64,000 nt of DNA from Podarcis filfolensis (lineage: Eukaryota): the NCBI GenBank assembly GCA_964270895.1, contig OZ185448.1; one strand, given 5' to 3'. The notes beneath the pieces are model-generated. The model was not told the origin of the DNA. It was given only the letters and a program-made list of their open reading frames with translations, and searched no databases. The position numbers were made by a program, and so were the translations under genes. Shown here in pieces: positions 36,166 through 48,658 of this stretch. Position 1 is the first letter of the stretch. Every line of letters begins with the position of its first letter.

Positions 36166-36789
36166 AGAAATCCCCTAGGGGTTGTACCACTGGACAGATA
36201 TGGGGACATCAGCACATCAGGAGGGTCCACCAGCACCTACCCGCAACCAGGTGCTACTGAGCAACAGCATCTACCACTTCTGCTAGGGGGAGTTCCTGAA
36301 GTGGGTTATGGGAACCTACTGTGCTGCTACCACCTATGGAAGGCAAACCTCATAATCTCCCCAACATCATTCAGAGTCAGAGGGCAGTTGGCACAGCTGC
36401 CACCCATCTGCCAAGGGAGAGGCACTCACCTGTCCTCTCACTCTAGGTGGGGATGGAGATGGAGATGGAGCAGTCAAATGATTAGAGCAGGGTGTTCCTC
36501 CACCAGATGAGCAAGTTAACAAGTGGCAGGAGCAAAGAGCAGCCTCTGCCTTGCTCTGTTGCAACAGTGAAGCTTGGGCCATCTGGAGGTGAATAAGGGA
36601 ACAGTGACAGATCCACCGATTGCAAGTTCTTAAGAACCCCGCAAACCTGAAATCAGTCCTGGAACCATGCACTGGTCCAAATCATGGTCTGGACTGTGGC
36701 AGCTAGGAGTCGCTTGTATTCTAGAGTACTCCCTATTTTATCATGTTATTCATTCCACTTACAGCTGCTCTTTCCTTCATAAAACCTCA

Positions 36790-36910
36790 GGATTGCAAAT
36801 ATGGTTTTCTTCCCCTCCTTCATTTTATTTTCATGACAGCCTTGTGAGGAAGGTTTGTCTGAGAGATAGTGACTGGACCAAGGTTCTACAGTGAGATTCA
36901 TGGTGGTGGA
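36790..36910 (-). mobile_element. Degenerate CORE/MIR-like SINE fragment
   Basis: ACAGCCTTGTGAGG..CTGAGAGATAGTGACTGGACCAAGG. Confidence 0.5.
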
Positions 36911-36934
36911 AGATTTAACACAAGGACACAAGAT

Positions 36935-37125
36935 TAAGCCAATGGCCCATCTAGTTCAGATGCCCCTATGGAAAGCCCACAAGCAGGAACTGAGCACAAG
37001 AGCACTCTCCCCTCTTGTGGTTTCCAGCAACTGGTATCTAGAAGCATTACTGCCCCTGTCCATGGAGGCACAGCATAGCCGCTGTGGCCGATAGCTATTG
37101 ATACGAGTAATATGCCCATGATAGA
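36935..37125 (-). mobile_element. CR1-type LINE 3' UTR fragment
   Basis: GCCAATGGCCCATCTAGTTC..CCAGCAACTGGTATCTAGAAGCATTACTGCC. Confidence 0.8.
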
Positions 37126-37694
37126 GGCAAGGCCACTCAATTTCCCCAACAAATAAAAAGGCTTGTTGCAAGGAAATGGATATCAACTGGCAGCCTTAAG
37201 CCACCCTACTGAGGAAGTATTTTGTTAAAAGGAGAGACAAAACGCTCCCTTATCAGTAAAAAGGCTCTTGATACAATGATGATCTCACTTGACTTAACAT
37301 AAGTTGCTCAAAAGAAGGGAACCTTGACTTTGGGTGGGCTGTGAATCACATTCTTGGCAAGACACTCTGCTTAGCAGCATCAATTATGCTGTAAGTACTT
37401 AGTAACCAGACACTCATCCCCTCTGTAGTCATTGCACACATATAAGCAATAGTAAAAATAATCTTCCCCACCCGTCCTTATATTTTGCATGAAGAGCCAT
37501 AACTATGTCTTTGTCCTTGATGAAGCTGTCAATGAGAATGTGCAATTCCATGTCCCTCAAGAAAATTACATCAGAGTTCAAGCTCCCAGAACTACATCAA
37601 GTCTCTTTATTCAGCTTCTCTTCACTATCCTTTTAGAGTGGAGGTAGTAGCAAGGATGTGCACCAGGATCCAGAGCCCTGTCCATCATGTGGGG

Positions 37695-38015
37695 AGGAGT
37701 CAAAGCTCAGTGGAAAAACACTTGCTTTGTGTGCAGGAAGTCCCATGTTTAATTCCTGCCATCTCTAGATAGGGCTCAGAAAAGACTCCTGGCTAAAAAC
37801 CTGGAAAGCCATTGCCAGTCAGTGTTGAAAATACTGAGCCAGATGAACCACAGGTATGACTTATGGCTGTTAGGGCACCTGTTTTGCATGCAGGAGGCGT
37901 CAGGCTCAATTCCCAGCATCTCCAGTTAAGACTATGAAAGCTGATGGTGAGTGTAGACAATTCTAAACTAGATGGGCCAATGATCTGACTCATCAAAAGG
38001 CAGCTTCCTATGTAA
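37695..38015 (+). mobile_element. Two tandem tRNA-Ala-derived SINEs (37695-37860, 37870-38015)
   Basis: Two heads (AGCTCAGTGG.., TTTTGCATGCAGGAGG..) and two tails; the second ends AAGGCAGCTTCCTATGT. Confidence 0.75.
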
Positions 38016-38096
38016 CTCAATGGCTGATCATGGGATATGGCCTCCCTCTCAGCCTAACCTAATACTTCACAGATGACAAAGCAAGAATGCCCCATA

Positions 38097-38310
38097 ACAG
38101 GGCTGGCCCACCCATGAGGCAAGGTGAGGCAACTGCCTCAGGTGGCAGGACTCACAAGGACATCAGATCCTGATGTAGATATTTATTCCCTGCTTGTTCC
38201 AGATGTAGATCTTCACTCACCCCTTCTTCCCTGGCAGAGAGTGGTGTGCCATTTTGTGGCTCACCTCAGGTGCCAAAATGTCTTGGCCTGGGTCTTCTCA
38301 ATATACGCTA
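38097..38310. mobile_element. hAT (Tip100-like) MITE remnant
   Basis: CAGGGCTGGCCC..GAGGCAAGGTGAGGCAACTGCCTCAGG start; AGGTGCCAAAATGTCTTGG near the end. Confidence 0.45.
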
Positions 38311-38739
38311 TGGTGAGCATGCTTCATCCCTGTCCCTGCATCTCATTCAGGGCCCGATACTGTGCTTCAGACTGGCCTAACCCAACCTGCATCCTGAACT
38401 AATGGGCTTGCACATTGTTTAATTAAGGTTTAAATTAGGAGTGGGTGCCTGTGTGACTTCTCCTCCTCTCCACACCTACCATATCAGGGTTTAAAACCTG
38501 ATTGGGGAAAGAGAAGCAGATACACTTAGCCTGCCTGTACATCTCCTCTTATCTCCCTGCAAGGGAATCCCAGCGGTGTCCCATCAATAGTCTGAGTAAG
38601 GAATTCAAGGGAAGATACACACACACTCAGGAGGCCCCTATAGAACCTTGGACAGCTCCCAGGGAATCAGGATCAGGAGATGCTGTAGTAATCACTGCAG
38701 CACTCGTACCAAACAGATGAAACTTCCAACTTAAGTTCC

Positions 38740-38870
38740 ATCAACAGGATCTCACCACTCTGTCCAGCTTGATTTAACACATTCTGTCCAGGCTGTGCTT
38801 TGGATGCCATCTCCCCAATCATCTTCAGCCACGTTTCACTGCTTGTAAGCAGTAAACTCACCATGCCCTC
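38740..38870 (-). mobile_element. Possible degenerate L2 endonuclease fragment
   Basis: Reverse translation LLLTSSETWL..GEMAS..QPGQNVLNQ resembles the APE TETWL region. Confidence 0.4.
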
Positions 38871-39250
38871 ATTTTGGCAGATTTCTCAATTAACTTACTT
38901 GCCCACATAATTCACAGAATCCATTTTCAGGAAAGCACTTTGAATGCGTGCCTGTTCTACTAAGCAGTTGATTAAGTTTATTTGTTTTTTGAAACTCAAA
39001 TGGACACTGTGCAGTGCTTGCTAATATGGCTAAGAAATGGAGTTTGCCCTATGTCCACATATGTTTGTGATTTATTTATTTTTAATCTCCATGGAAGTTT
39101 GAGAACATGATGACGCACAACTCTCCACATATATGCATTTTGCATAAACTTTTGCTTTGCATATGCAAGCAATCCCCTCCGCCCAATATTTGTGTATGTG
39201 ACACTAGCCCAAGATTAAGAGAATCACATAATGGAGAGGTTATTGTACAG

Positions 39251-39386
39251 CAGGCATAGGCAAACTTGGCCCTCCAGATGTTTTGGGACTACAACTCCCA
39301 TCATCCCTGACCGCTTGTCCTGTTAGCCAGGGATGATGGGAGTTGTAGTCCCAAAACATCTGGAGGGCCAAGTTTGCCTATGCCTG
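39251..39386. mobile_element. Palindromic hAT (Charlie/Buster-type) MITE
   Basis: Perfect 59-bp inverted arms, 18-nt spacer, perfect 8-bp TSD TTGTACAG (39243-39250, 39387-39394). Confidence 0.96.
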
Positions 39387-41092
39387 TTGTACAGTCTCTA
39401 GGACAGGGAAATACAGGACTTTGACATGTCTTTGGATTGGAAAGCATCTTCATCCATCACCAGTAAAAGTATCTATCTGCCCTTACAAAACAACAATATT
39501 CAAAATCAATGCTCCCCAAAAGCGCTCCAAACTTGCTCGCTCTTGATGGAACTTGGGTGGCGGTAGGTAGGAGTGGAGTATCTATAATTAATAATATATG
39601 ATGGTAAAAATATGGAGGGGGTGCATTGTAACTGTTCTTGCATTGTCTCTTTTTACTCTTGAATGAGAACAATTTAACTACAGTAATGAAATGAAAGAGA
39701 TTTTTAGAGTACTCCTAAAGGATTAGAGCAATTATGCTGGGGTAGATTTGGCACTGAGGCTTAAAGCACTTTAATTGGATAAAGAGGAATTAAAGTGCAT
39801 TTCATCCTATAGGATGGGCAATTTAAAAATAAAATAAAACGAGGAAGTATTATTTTGTAAAGAAATTGAGCTAATTCTAACGGTCACTGTAACAACTGCA
39901 CACAGACTGTGCCATTAGAATATTTCTTCTGGATTGCTACATAACCTCAACAAGTTCTTCTTGCATTAATGTTGGCATGCTGGTAAATTATCCGGTCAAA
40001 GATTGTCATACTGACTGGTCAAATGACCACCTAGTATTGGGCCACAAGAAAATATTCCATTTAAAAAATGCCAACTGAGTTGATGGGCAGCTAACTTTCT
40101 GCATTTCCTTGTAGCACAGGGGTAAGGAACCGCCAGCCAATTTAGCCCATGTGGGGGTTTTGTGTAGGCCACACCCACCTGTCACTCATTTGAGGTCATA
40201 TGACATCAGAAGCAAGAGATGTAAATCCAAAAAACTCTTAAGAGTGTAACTGAGAGTATCAGTTGGAGAGAGGAGGATTCAATCCTGCTGGGGTCTGCTT
40301 CCCCATTGTACTGCCTTTGAGGAAATGTCCTGGGGCTACCTGTTCCTCCTTCTTCCCACACAACCCTTTGCCCATCAGAGCCCTGGATCACTCCAGTTGG
40401 CCAGATCTGATCTGCAGTGGTCTGGGACTGTCTCCAAATCAGTATGATTCAGTTCAGGTTTGGGCTGAATATAGTCAACAGCCCTACAACCCAGCAAGAC
40501 TGCAAAGCTTATCCCTTAGGTCAAATGAGTAGCTGGCCTCATCAGTTCTGTACTGTAGCACCACCAATATAAATTTTATAAAAGGTTTCAAATATTTATT
40601 TAAAGTGATGTATTACAGATTCAATATAAATTTATCACTCTAGAACTAACACAGAAAGACACAGAATTTAGGTATGTGTGTTTTGAATATGATGCATGTA
40701 TTATATGCTGTTTGTTATTATGTGTATCTAAAGAGACACAAATTGATAAAATGATCCATTATGTATTTTTCAAAGTTAATGTTTAACAGTGGATAAGTTG
40801 TTGTTATCTTACTTTATTGCAGTGCTTTTAATCATTATTTATTATTTTAATCATAAACGTCTGTAGCCCGAGGTGATGCCTCTTGCCTTCCCATACCAAC
40901 AAAGATAGTGAAACCAGTTGTATCCAGCTTCATTCTACTCAGAGTAGGCCCACTGACATTTGCAGACCCAAGCCTGTGTTTATTAATCTCAATTGATGTG
41001 CTCTGTGTATGCCTAACATTGGACACAACCCTAACAGTTCAATCCTGTGTACGTCTACTCAGAAGGAAGCCCCATCACTCCCTGATACCAAG

Positions 41093-41094
<2 letters not shown>

Positions 41095-41127
<33 letters not shown>
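41095..41127. repeat. (GT)n microsatellite
   Basis: Directly visible. Confidence 0.95.
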
Positions 41128-41129
<2 letters not shown>

Positions 41130-42224
41130 AACACACACTTCATTTAGGAGGATCTACTTGATGACTTGAAATGTCAAGAGGCGAAACAGGACAATCCGAA
41201 GTCACGTCCGTTTGCTGGCGTTTATTGTCAAATATGTACCTTTTGAAATGAGTAGCATTCGCAGCCAGCATAGCAGTACAAATACATATTTTATTCATGA
41301 ACAATCTGCAAATGTTCATCTGTAATGCTGGCATGCACTTGGACTTCAAACACACACTGACACCCATACAAAAAGCCTTTGCAATTGCAACAACAGGCAG
41401 GCTCTGCTGGGTGGCTCCTTTAAAGATCATGAAAGGCATTTTGAAAGGATTTTCATTTGTTTCGATGAGCACTGGCAAAACAAGATCAAGTAAGAAACTG
41501 AAAGCACAGTCTCTTAACATATGGGGAGATTTTACGTGAGTGTGCTGGAGACGGGGAAGAAATTTGTTCAGCTTGCATTTTAATGCAACATCGCCTCATC
41601 CACACTTCTGATTCTGCCATTTTAAGGAGTATATGGGATAACCAGCCTCATAAAGCCAACATGCTTAAATCCAATTAATGCATGAATGGGTTAAGACAAT
41701 AGAGTACTCTGTTCTGCCAGGATTAGCTCACCTTGGGAGGGACTAGGTAATTGAGCCTTTGTTCCCCTTCAGTCTACCAGAGAAGCTCGGTGTGTGAGGT
41801 CTGGGCTAGTTGCTCCAAGCTCACACTGCATGACTCTCACAAGCCACTTGAATTCCTATAACAATAATTTAGGAACTTTCAACACCAAGTTTTACTGCCT
41901 GTGCAACTTTCTGAAGCACTTGAATCTAGCATTTAGAGAGTTTGTAAGTAAACCAATTTTTAACTTACCAAACAGGTTTTTCCCACTGCAGGAGGAAGAG
42001 GGACGTTTTGAGACTCACAAGGGCACAATTTAAAGGTCTAATAGCCTATGTTTCCATACTTTATTTTGCTGCATATTTTGTGCTGGGGTTCTCTCACCAA
42101 ACAGAACTTGCCCCAGACTTGGACCAACACAGTCTTTAATAATGTTAATATTGTTGAATGAAGCAATGGGCTTGTCCCTCATTTCTTCCAGTCCCCCTCT
42201 CTATATTCCCTTAATTCCTTCATC

Positions 42225-42227
<3 letters not shown>

Positions 42228-42265
<38 letters not shown>

Positions 42266-42510
42266 CCTGCCATTTCCCCTGACAGGACTCAAGGTGGCTT
42301 ACACCAATAACTGCTAAAAGCATGGGGGGGAAACAATCCGCATGACCAAGCAATATAAAATGGCAATCCGTATTAAATGAGCCAAACTTCCTCAGAATTT
42401 TCTGAGGCATTTTTCCTGAGAATTTCATTCCCCTCCAAAGGTGGAGAATTCTGCCTCCCTGCACAATATAGTCCTATACATACATACATACATACATACA
42501 TACATACATA
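42228..42510. repeat. (ATT)n (42228-42263, likely a SINE/LINE tail) and (ACAT)n (42477-42510) microsatellites
   Basis: Directly visible. Confidence 0.9.
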
Positions 42511-42516
42511 CAATAT

Positions 42517-42740
42517 GGCCCATCAACACTATACATTTAAAGCAGGATCATGCCTTCCCCCAAAGGACCCTTGGAAGTGTAGTTTGCTCAGGGCACTGCG
42601 AATGGTTTCGAGACCCCTATTCCCCTCACAGAGCTACAATTCTCAGAGTAGTTTAACAGCCAGTACCTCTTCCCGGGGAACTCAGGGAATTTTAACTCTA
42701 AAAGGAGATTAGTGGACTTCTAACAACTCTCCGCACACCC
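42517..42740. mobile_element. Foldback MITE, partial
   Basis: CATACATTTAAAGC-like start and core shared with 34964-35287. Confidence 0.6.
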
Positions 42741-42904
42741 AAAACAAAGAACCAGTGAGTTAGACTGCTTCCAACATCTGAAGGAGGCCTTATATACTCT
42801 GGTCTCCTAAGCCACACTCTAACCTCAGCTGATAGAAGTCAAGGGATTTCTTACTCTAGAGTAGACTGATAACTCCAACTCTGGGTGGTAACTCTGCTTT
42901 TCTC

Positions 42905-43170
42905 CTGCTCTGGAGAGTAGGACTCGAAACAATGGCTTCAATTTACAAGAAACGAGATTCCAACCAAACATTCGGAAAAACTTTCTGACAGTAAGAGCTG
43001 TTTGGCAGTGAAACAGACTCCCATAAGAGATGGTGGACTCTCTTTCCTTGGAGGTTTTTCAACAGAGGTTGGGTGGCCCTCTGTCATGGATGCTTTAGCT
43101 GAGGTTCCTGCATTGGAGGGGGTTGGACAAGCTGACCCTTGGGGTCCCTTCCAACTTCTATGAATCTATG
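42905..43170 (+). mobile_element. CR1 LINE 3' end (octamer type)
   Basis: AAAAACTTTCTGACAGTAAGAGCTG..GGGGGTTGGAC..GGGGTCCCTTCCAACTTCTATGAATCTATGA. Confidence 0.9.
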
Positions 43171-44317
43171 AACTCTGGCATCTGTAAATGCATACTGTGC
43201 CATCCCTCTTTAGTGTGGACCCAATGTTTTTGGTTCCAGTGCTCTTGAGTGCTAGAGCACCACCCTGCCTCCCCCTCCTCTGACAGTTCCAGGGTTTCTT
43301 CATTAGAAAGCAACCCAGAGACCTCAGCATTGGATTCAGGGGATCATGAATGCTCCTCAAGAACTTCAACCTATTGAGTCTGTAGTTAATCATCTGAGGA
43401 CTCCAGGTAAGACCTGTACTTGGGAGAATTAATCCATAAATGGCTTGCTATTCTGTCTTTTAGAGAATACTTTGAAGAGTTAATAGACAAGTCGGGCAAC
43501 TTTTGAAAATCCAACCCCATGCCTCAATTTCTCTATCTAAGAAAGAGGGGGAATTTATAAGCAGGGACCCCTGTGCAGGTATCTGACATTTTCAAAAAAA
43601 ATGGCTTCAGAAGGCAGTCAATCCCACTCATCTCAGACTTTGTCCATTAACCTTGACATGTCGAGATTATGTCTCCCAATTCTGCTTGTCTTAATGATCA
43701 TGTCAAATTACACCAAATTATATGCAGATCCATTGATTGCCTTTTTGAGGCAGGAAGTGGTGAAAGATCTGCCAGAAATTTTAACACCCATCTTCTAATT
43801 CCACTGGAATAAAAGATGGGACCGATGAAATCTTAATTAACAGTTCACAAAGGCTGCTTAATGTCATGTGCCATATGCATCTTAATTATCCCACTGTTTG
43901 TTTGCAATTTGGAGGATTGTGAATGCTCATTCCATTTCTTAAGAGTCTGCAGAGCTAAAAGCAGATGCTTTGTTTGTATTATCTTTTTAACGCAGCACCC
44001 TGGTCCTACTTGAAACAAACAACACTTCTGCCTCATTGTTTTAAGATGTGATGAGGGATGATGTTACTCTCTGTGGTTTTCTGCAACTGGAGCAAAACAT
44101 TTTTATTTTAATTCTGCATATTTGCTCTTTGCAAAGATGAGTGTGGGGGCAAATGCATGTGTAACAAAGCCCACACTTTTAAAAGTGAAATGCAGTCTTG
44201 GGAGGCTTCATTTCTGAGCAGAGCAGTAGCAGGGAGAAGAGATGTAATTAATCCTTTCTGCGCCAGCCATTTTTCTGTTCAAAATCGCCCCTCATATATT
44301 TTAAAAGAGTATTTAAA

Positions 44318-44440
44318 AGGGCTGTAGCTCAGTAACAGAGCATCTACTTTGTATTCAGAAACTCCTTGCCTGGAACCCTGGAGACTTGCTGGCAAAACAC
44401 TGGACTCGTGGGTCAGATTAACTACGTAAGGTAGCCTTTC
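44318..44440 (+). mobile_element. tRNA-Ala-derived SINE, internally deleted
   Basis: GGGCTGTAGCTCAGTAACAGAGCATCTACTTTG..GCCTGGAACCCTGGAG. Confidence 0.7.
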
Positions 44441-44585
44441 TGTGCTCCTGTGTTTTTCTCAGTTGTGGTGAAATCCAAATTGAAAGTTTGTGGTTTATTT
44501 TAACTCAACCCAAGGAAGCTCCCTCAGTGTGAATTCTGTTTTTTGTTTTTTTTTCTTAATTAGATTATGTATGAAAGTACGTAAG

Positions 44586-44937
44586 GTAAAGGTAAAGGGA
44601 CCCCTGACCATTAGGTCCAGTCGTGGCCGACTCTGGGGTTGCAGCGCTCATCTCGCTTTACTGGCCAAGGGAGCCAGCGTACAGCTTCCGGGTCATGTGG
44701 CCAGCATGACTAAGCTGCTTCTGGAGAACCAGAGCAGCGCACGGAAACGCTGTTTACCTTCCCGCCGGAGCGGTACCTATTTATCTACTTGCATTTTGAT
44801 GTGCTTTCGAACTGCTAGGTTGGCAGGAGCAGGGACCGAGCAACGGGAGCTCACCCTGTCACGGGGATTCAAACCGCCAACCTTCTGATCAGCAAGTCCT
44901 AGGCTCTGTGGTTTAACCCACAGCACCACCCGCATCC
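44586..44937 (-). mobile_element. Sauria SINE, full length
   Basis: TSD ATGAAAGTAC(G/A)TAAG at 44571-44585 and 44938-44952. Confidence 0.96.
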
Positions 44938-45779
44938 ATGAAAGTACATAAGAACACCTCAAAAAATAAAAACTACGGTACTAGGCAGTTAGGTTTTTGC
45001 AATGTCACTGTTGCTGCTCATTCCTCCTGCCATCTGAATGCACCTCTACCAGCTTCTAATGGCACTATATGCTGTGCTGATTAATCTTCATCCTCTGCAG
45101 GAGAAACTTTAGCATTATAGCCAAGCACACGGGATAAAGTGTGGAATGTCTCAGCAGAAAACTAAACCCAAATGCAGTCAGCATGCATCACTGGTGCCCC
45201 TAGGGATTCAGAGACTCTTTCTTAGCTACTGTGAACCAGTTACTGACTTGAGAGAATCCAGGTGTGTGCCATAAAGTCTGATATTTTAGAACACTAATCC
45301 ATCTATAGCCTATTTCTGAACTCCAATTTTCTGCAAGTGAATACCGTTTTAAAGCTCCTTTCATGGATGTTGGGATAACAAACAGTGAATCAAATTGGAG
45401 CACAGAATACATAGATCTACCAGGAGGGGAGAGGAAATAGTTCTGCTGGTTTACCAAATAAAAAGTCATAGGAACTCAAAAATAAATGTTAAGGGCTAGA
45501 TAACATAAGCTGTCAGACCTCACATACAACCATTTCAGACTGGGGGGCATTAGTAACTGAGATGACACAGAAACTTGGAAGAAGAGCTGTCACAGCCCTG
45601 GCTTTGATTTAGTAAAATAAGCCAAACCAATGGCAAATCTTACTGTGATGATATGGAAAGTTCAGCAACATTCTAACTGCTCAGGGGTCAACTGTGAGAA
45701 GCAGAGATGGACAAGCATTCCTTAATATGAACCCAAGTGGGATGTGCGCTAACAAAATCTACAGCCTGGGGTTACAATA

Positions 45780-46005
45780 CAGTGGTACCTCAGGTTAAGA
45801 ATTTAATTCGTTCTGGAGGTCCATTCTTAACCTGAAACTGTTCTTAACCTGAGGCACCACTTTAGCTAATGGGACCTCCTGCTGCCACTGCGCCGCCGGA
45901 GCACGATTTCTGTTCTCATCCTGAAGCAAAGTTCTTAACCCGAGGTACTACTTCTGGGTTAGCGGAGTCTGTAACCTGAAGCGTATGTAACCCGAGGTAC
46001 CACTG
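45780..46005 (+). mobile_element. Tigger/pogo-like MITE
   Basis: TA-CAGTGGTACCTCAGGTTA..TAACCCGAGGTACCACTG-TA. Confidence 0.93.
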
Positions 46006-46104
46006 TACTAGCTAACTCTCCCAGTTTAGTGTCATCTACGAATTACGAAATAAGGAGTGTGTAACCCGAGTTACAACTGTAAAAGTTTGCATAATGATTT
46101 GTCT

Positions 46105-46106
<2 letters not shown>

Positions 46107-46159
<53 letters not shown>

Positions 46160-46161
46160 AC
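46107..46161. repeat. (CA)n microsatellite
   Basis: Directly visible. Confidence 0.95.
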
Positions 46162-46428
46162 TCCTTATTAAGCAGTTATTTCTAGGCTATCTTGTTCAGA
46201 ATAAATCAAATTCTGAAACAGTTCCACCAGCTGAGGTTCACCAGCTACTATATCCAGGAAAGCAAGAGAAGAATATTATTCATATGCCATTGAGACATCT
46301 TTTAGACATTCTCTGTGAAGCAATTCACAAGACACTGGAGTGAGGGTGGTGAAATTAATGAGCGTTAAGGATCACATGCCTCACCAGTTCCACCATTAGG
46401 CAAAGTGGCTGCCTCAGATGGTGGGAGG

Positions 46429-46791
46429 CAGGGGTGAAGAACCCTTTTCAGCCCAAGGACAGCATTCCCTCCTGAGCAACCTTCCAGGTGGAATATGACA
46501 TTGGTGGGCCAAGGCAGAAGCAAAAGTGGACAGAGCAACAAATGTGAATTTGGCCTCTGAACTTTGGCTAGTTTATTCATACCTACTTATCATCCCCCTC
46601 CATCTGGGCCAGCTAAGATGGTCAGAGTTCAAGGGTGCATTCCATCCAAGCAAAAATATTTGAAGTGGGTAGAGAACTGGGCTGGTGTGAGTGTGTCTTG
46701 TGTGGGTTGTGGCTTGTGGAGAGTCCCAAGGACTAGACAGAGAGGCCTATAGGACTATATTTAGTCCTCAGGCCTGCTGCTCCCCACACTG
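46429..46791. mobile_element. hAT-like MITE, degenerate
   Basis: CAGGGGTGAAGAACCC..GCTCCCCACACTG termini, same family as 24549-24903; no TSD seen. Confidence 0.6.
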
Positions 46792-47286
46792 GCTATAGAG
46801 GAAATCACCAATGTTCATTTACAATTCCACTGTTCCAGTGGGCTTCTGAACATACAATGGACAGGGCACCATCTTGCATTTGGCTTCAGGTAGCAAAATG
46901 TATGAGGTCAACCCCTGGCCTCATTTCTCTCCTTCCATACCATCCTAGGTCATGACATGATTACTAACCTGGTTTCTGTATACCAAGATTAGGCAGCCTT
47001 CCATTCTGAACAGAAGACAGGGGCAAAGAGCTTCTCTCTGGGAGCACAGCAGTGATTGATGTATGTGCCTTTGCCCCCATTAATGGGGACAGCTGATTGG
47101 CGGGGTGGTGCATGCCTGCACCACCTTGTGGTTGTGTTTCTTCTTTGGCTCTTTTACATATAGTGGCAATTTTGAGTTACACCACACAAACACATCATAG
47201 CAGCCAATTTGTGGCCAGTGCCCAAGGTGCTTTTCCCAAACTCCAAATGTGCCCACTGGCCCAAAAGGATATACAACCTTCTTATT

Positions 47287-47700
47287 GTCATGAGCCCCAT
47301 GGAGTTGTCGTGGAGGGGGTAGGTGGATCCTGAAGAGGTGGGGGAAGATCAGGGTTCTGGAGCTAGACAACCCAGATTGGAGCCTCAATAAATGTCAGAG
47401 CTGGAGGAGGGTCAGGGGCTGGATCCTGAGGAAGGTCAAGCAAGTCGTCAGAGAGGGGCACCACCCTCTAATTGTTGTTAGCCGCCCTGAGCCCGGCTTC
47501 GGCTGGGGAGGGCGGGATATAAATAAAATTTATTATTATTTATTTATTACTAATAACCTTCAAGAGGGCATCCACCACTGCTGCTAGCTCCTTCAGTCAC
47601 TCCTGTCAGTAAGGAGTCTCCTCAGGGAAGGCATCTAAGAGTAAGTCACATACTGAGCTAGCATCTTTATCATTGAGGATATAGATATGCCAGTATCAGC
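47287..47700 (+). mobile_element. Probable Gypsy-type LTR fragment with an L2-like tail inserted (47470-47550)
   Basis: TGTCATG start, purine-rich composition like 11148; internal GCCGCCCTGAGCCC..GGGCGGGATATAAATAAA(TTA)n. Confidence 0.45.
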
Positions 47701-48602
47701 ACAAACAAACCTCACAGGGCTAGCCAGATTATAGAAGTGCCCATTTGCTTGTCCAGACCAGAAGCACCTGACATTTAGCATGCTGAGCCTCGTGCCCACC
47801 CTGCTCTTCAAAAGGAAGAGGCAGGGGGGCTGGAGCTTGCTGGATCAACGTCTCAGCTCATGCTTAGCCATGCCATTCACCTGCTGTGCCTTTAACCCTT
47901 CCTTTACCTCTATATCGCTCAGATCTGTGCATTAAAGAATTTGGCAGAAACTGAAACCCAGCTTTAAGTTCTTCAATGGGCAGTGAGGGCCAGGGCACTG
48001 ATGTACCTTGCACTGAAATCCTACCAGTATGAAGCACCTGGGCTTTTAAAAATTATGTTTAAGGAATCTTGTCTCATCTTCTGTCCTCATCTGTTCTCTG
48101 TCCAAGGTGAATCAGGCCACCGTGCTCTTTGAAAAGCTCAGAGTGTTAAATTAGCAAATTCACCTATTCCACCTCGTATTTAAAAATGGGATTCAAAAGC
48201 CATGAAGGAAGTGAGGAGGGCTGCCAAATGAGGTATAATGCCATGCATTGAGAGTAATAGTTGAAAATGAAAGCATTAGCATATAAATTTTAACTCTCAG
48301 GAGTCTAGACAGGCAGTAGGAAAGGGCTTGAAATTCTGCTCTGTTGTTGAAACAGCAATTATTTCTCATGACAGCAGTTGAGCCCTGCTGAACTCAAACC
48401 AGAACAGCTTCACATTCATTGTACCAACTGCCAATTGATACTGTGTGACATGAATCAGGTGACATTTATCTCCTGTACAGCGGCACTAAATGGTCTCAAG
48501 TTTCAATTATTCTGGTCGAAACTAGAAATTTCACTAGGATAGGATTCTATCCACTACCACCACCCAAAAAACACCACACTTGAATTGTGTAAATACTATT
48601 CA

Positions 48603-48604
<2 letters not shown>

Positions 48605-48635
<31 letters not shown>

Positions 48636-48658
48636 TTCTTCTTCTTCTTCTTCTTCTT
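48605..48658. repeat. (CTT)n microsatellite
   Basis: Directly visible. Confidence 0.95.
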
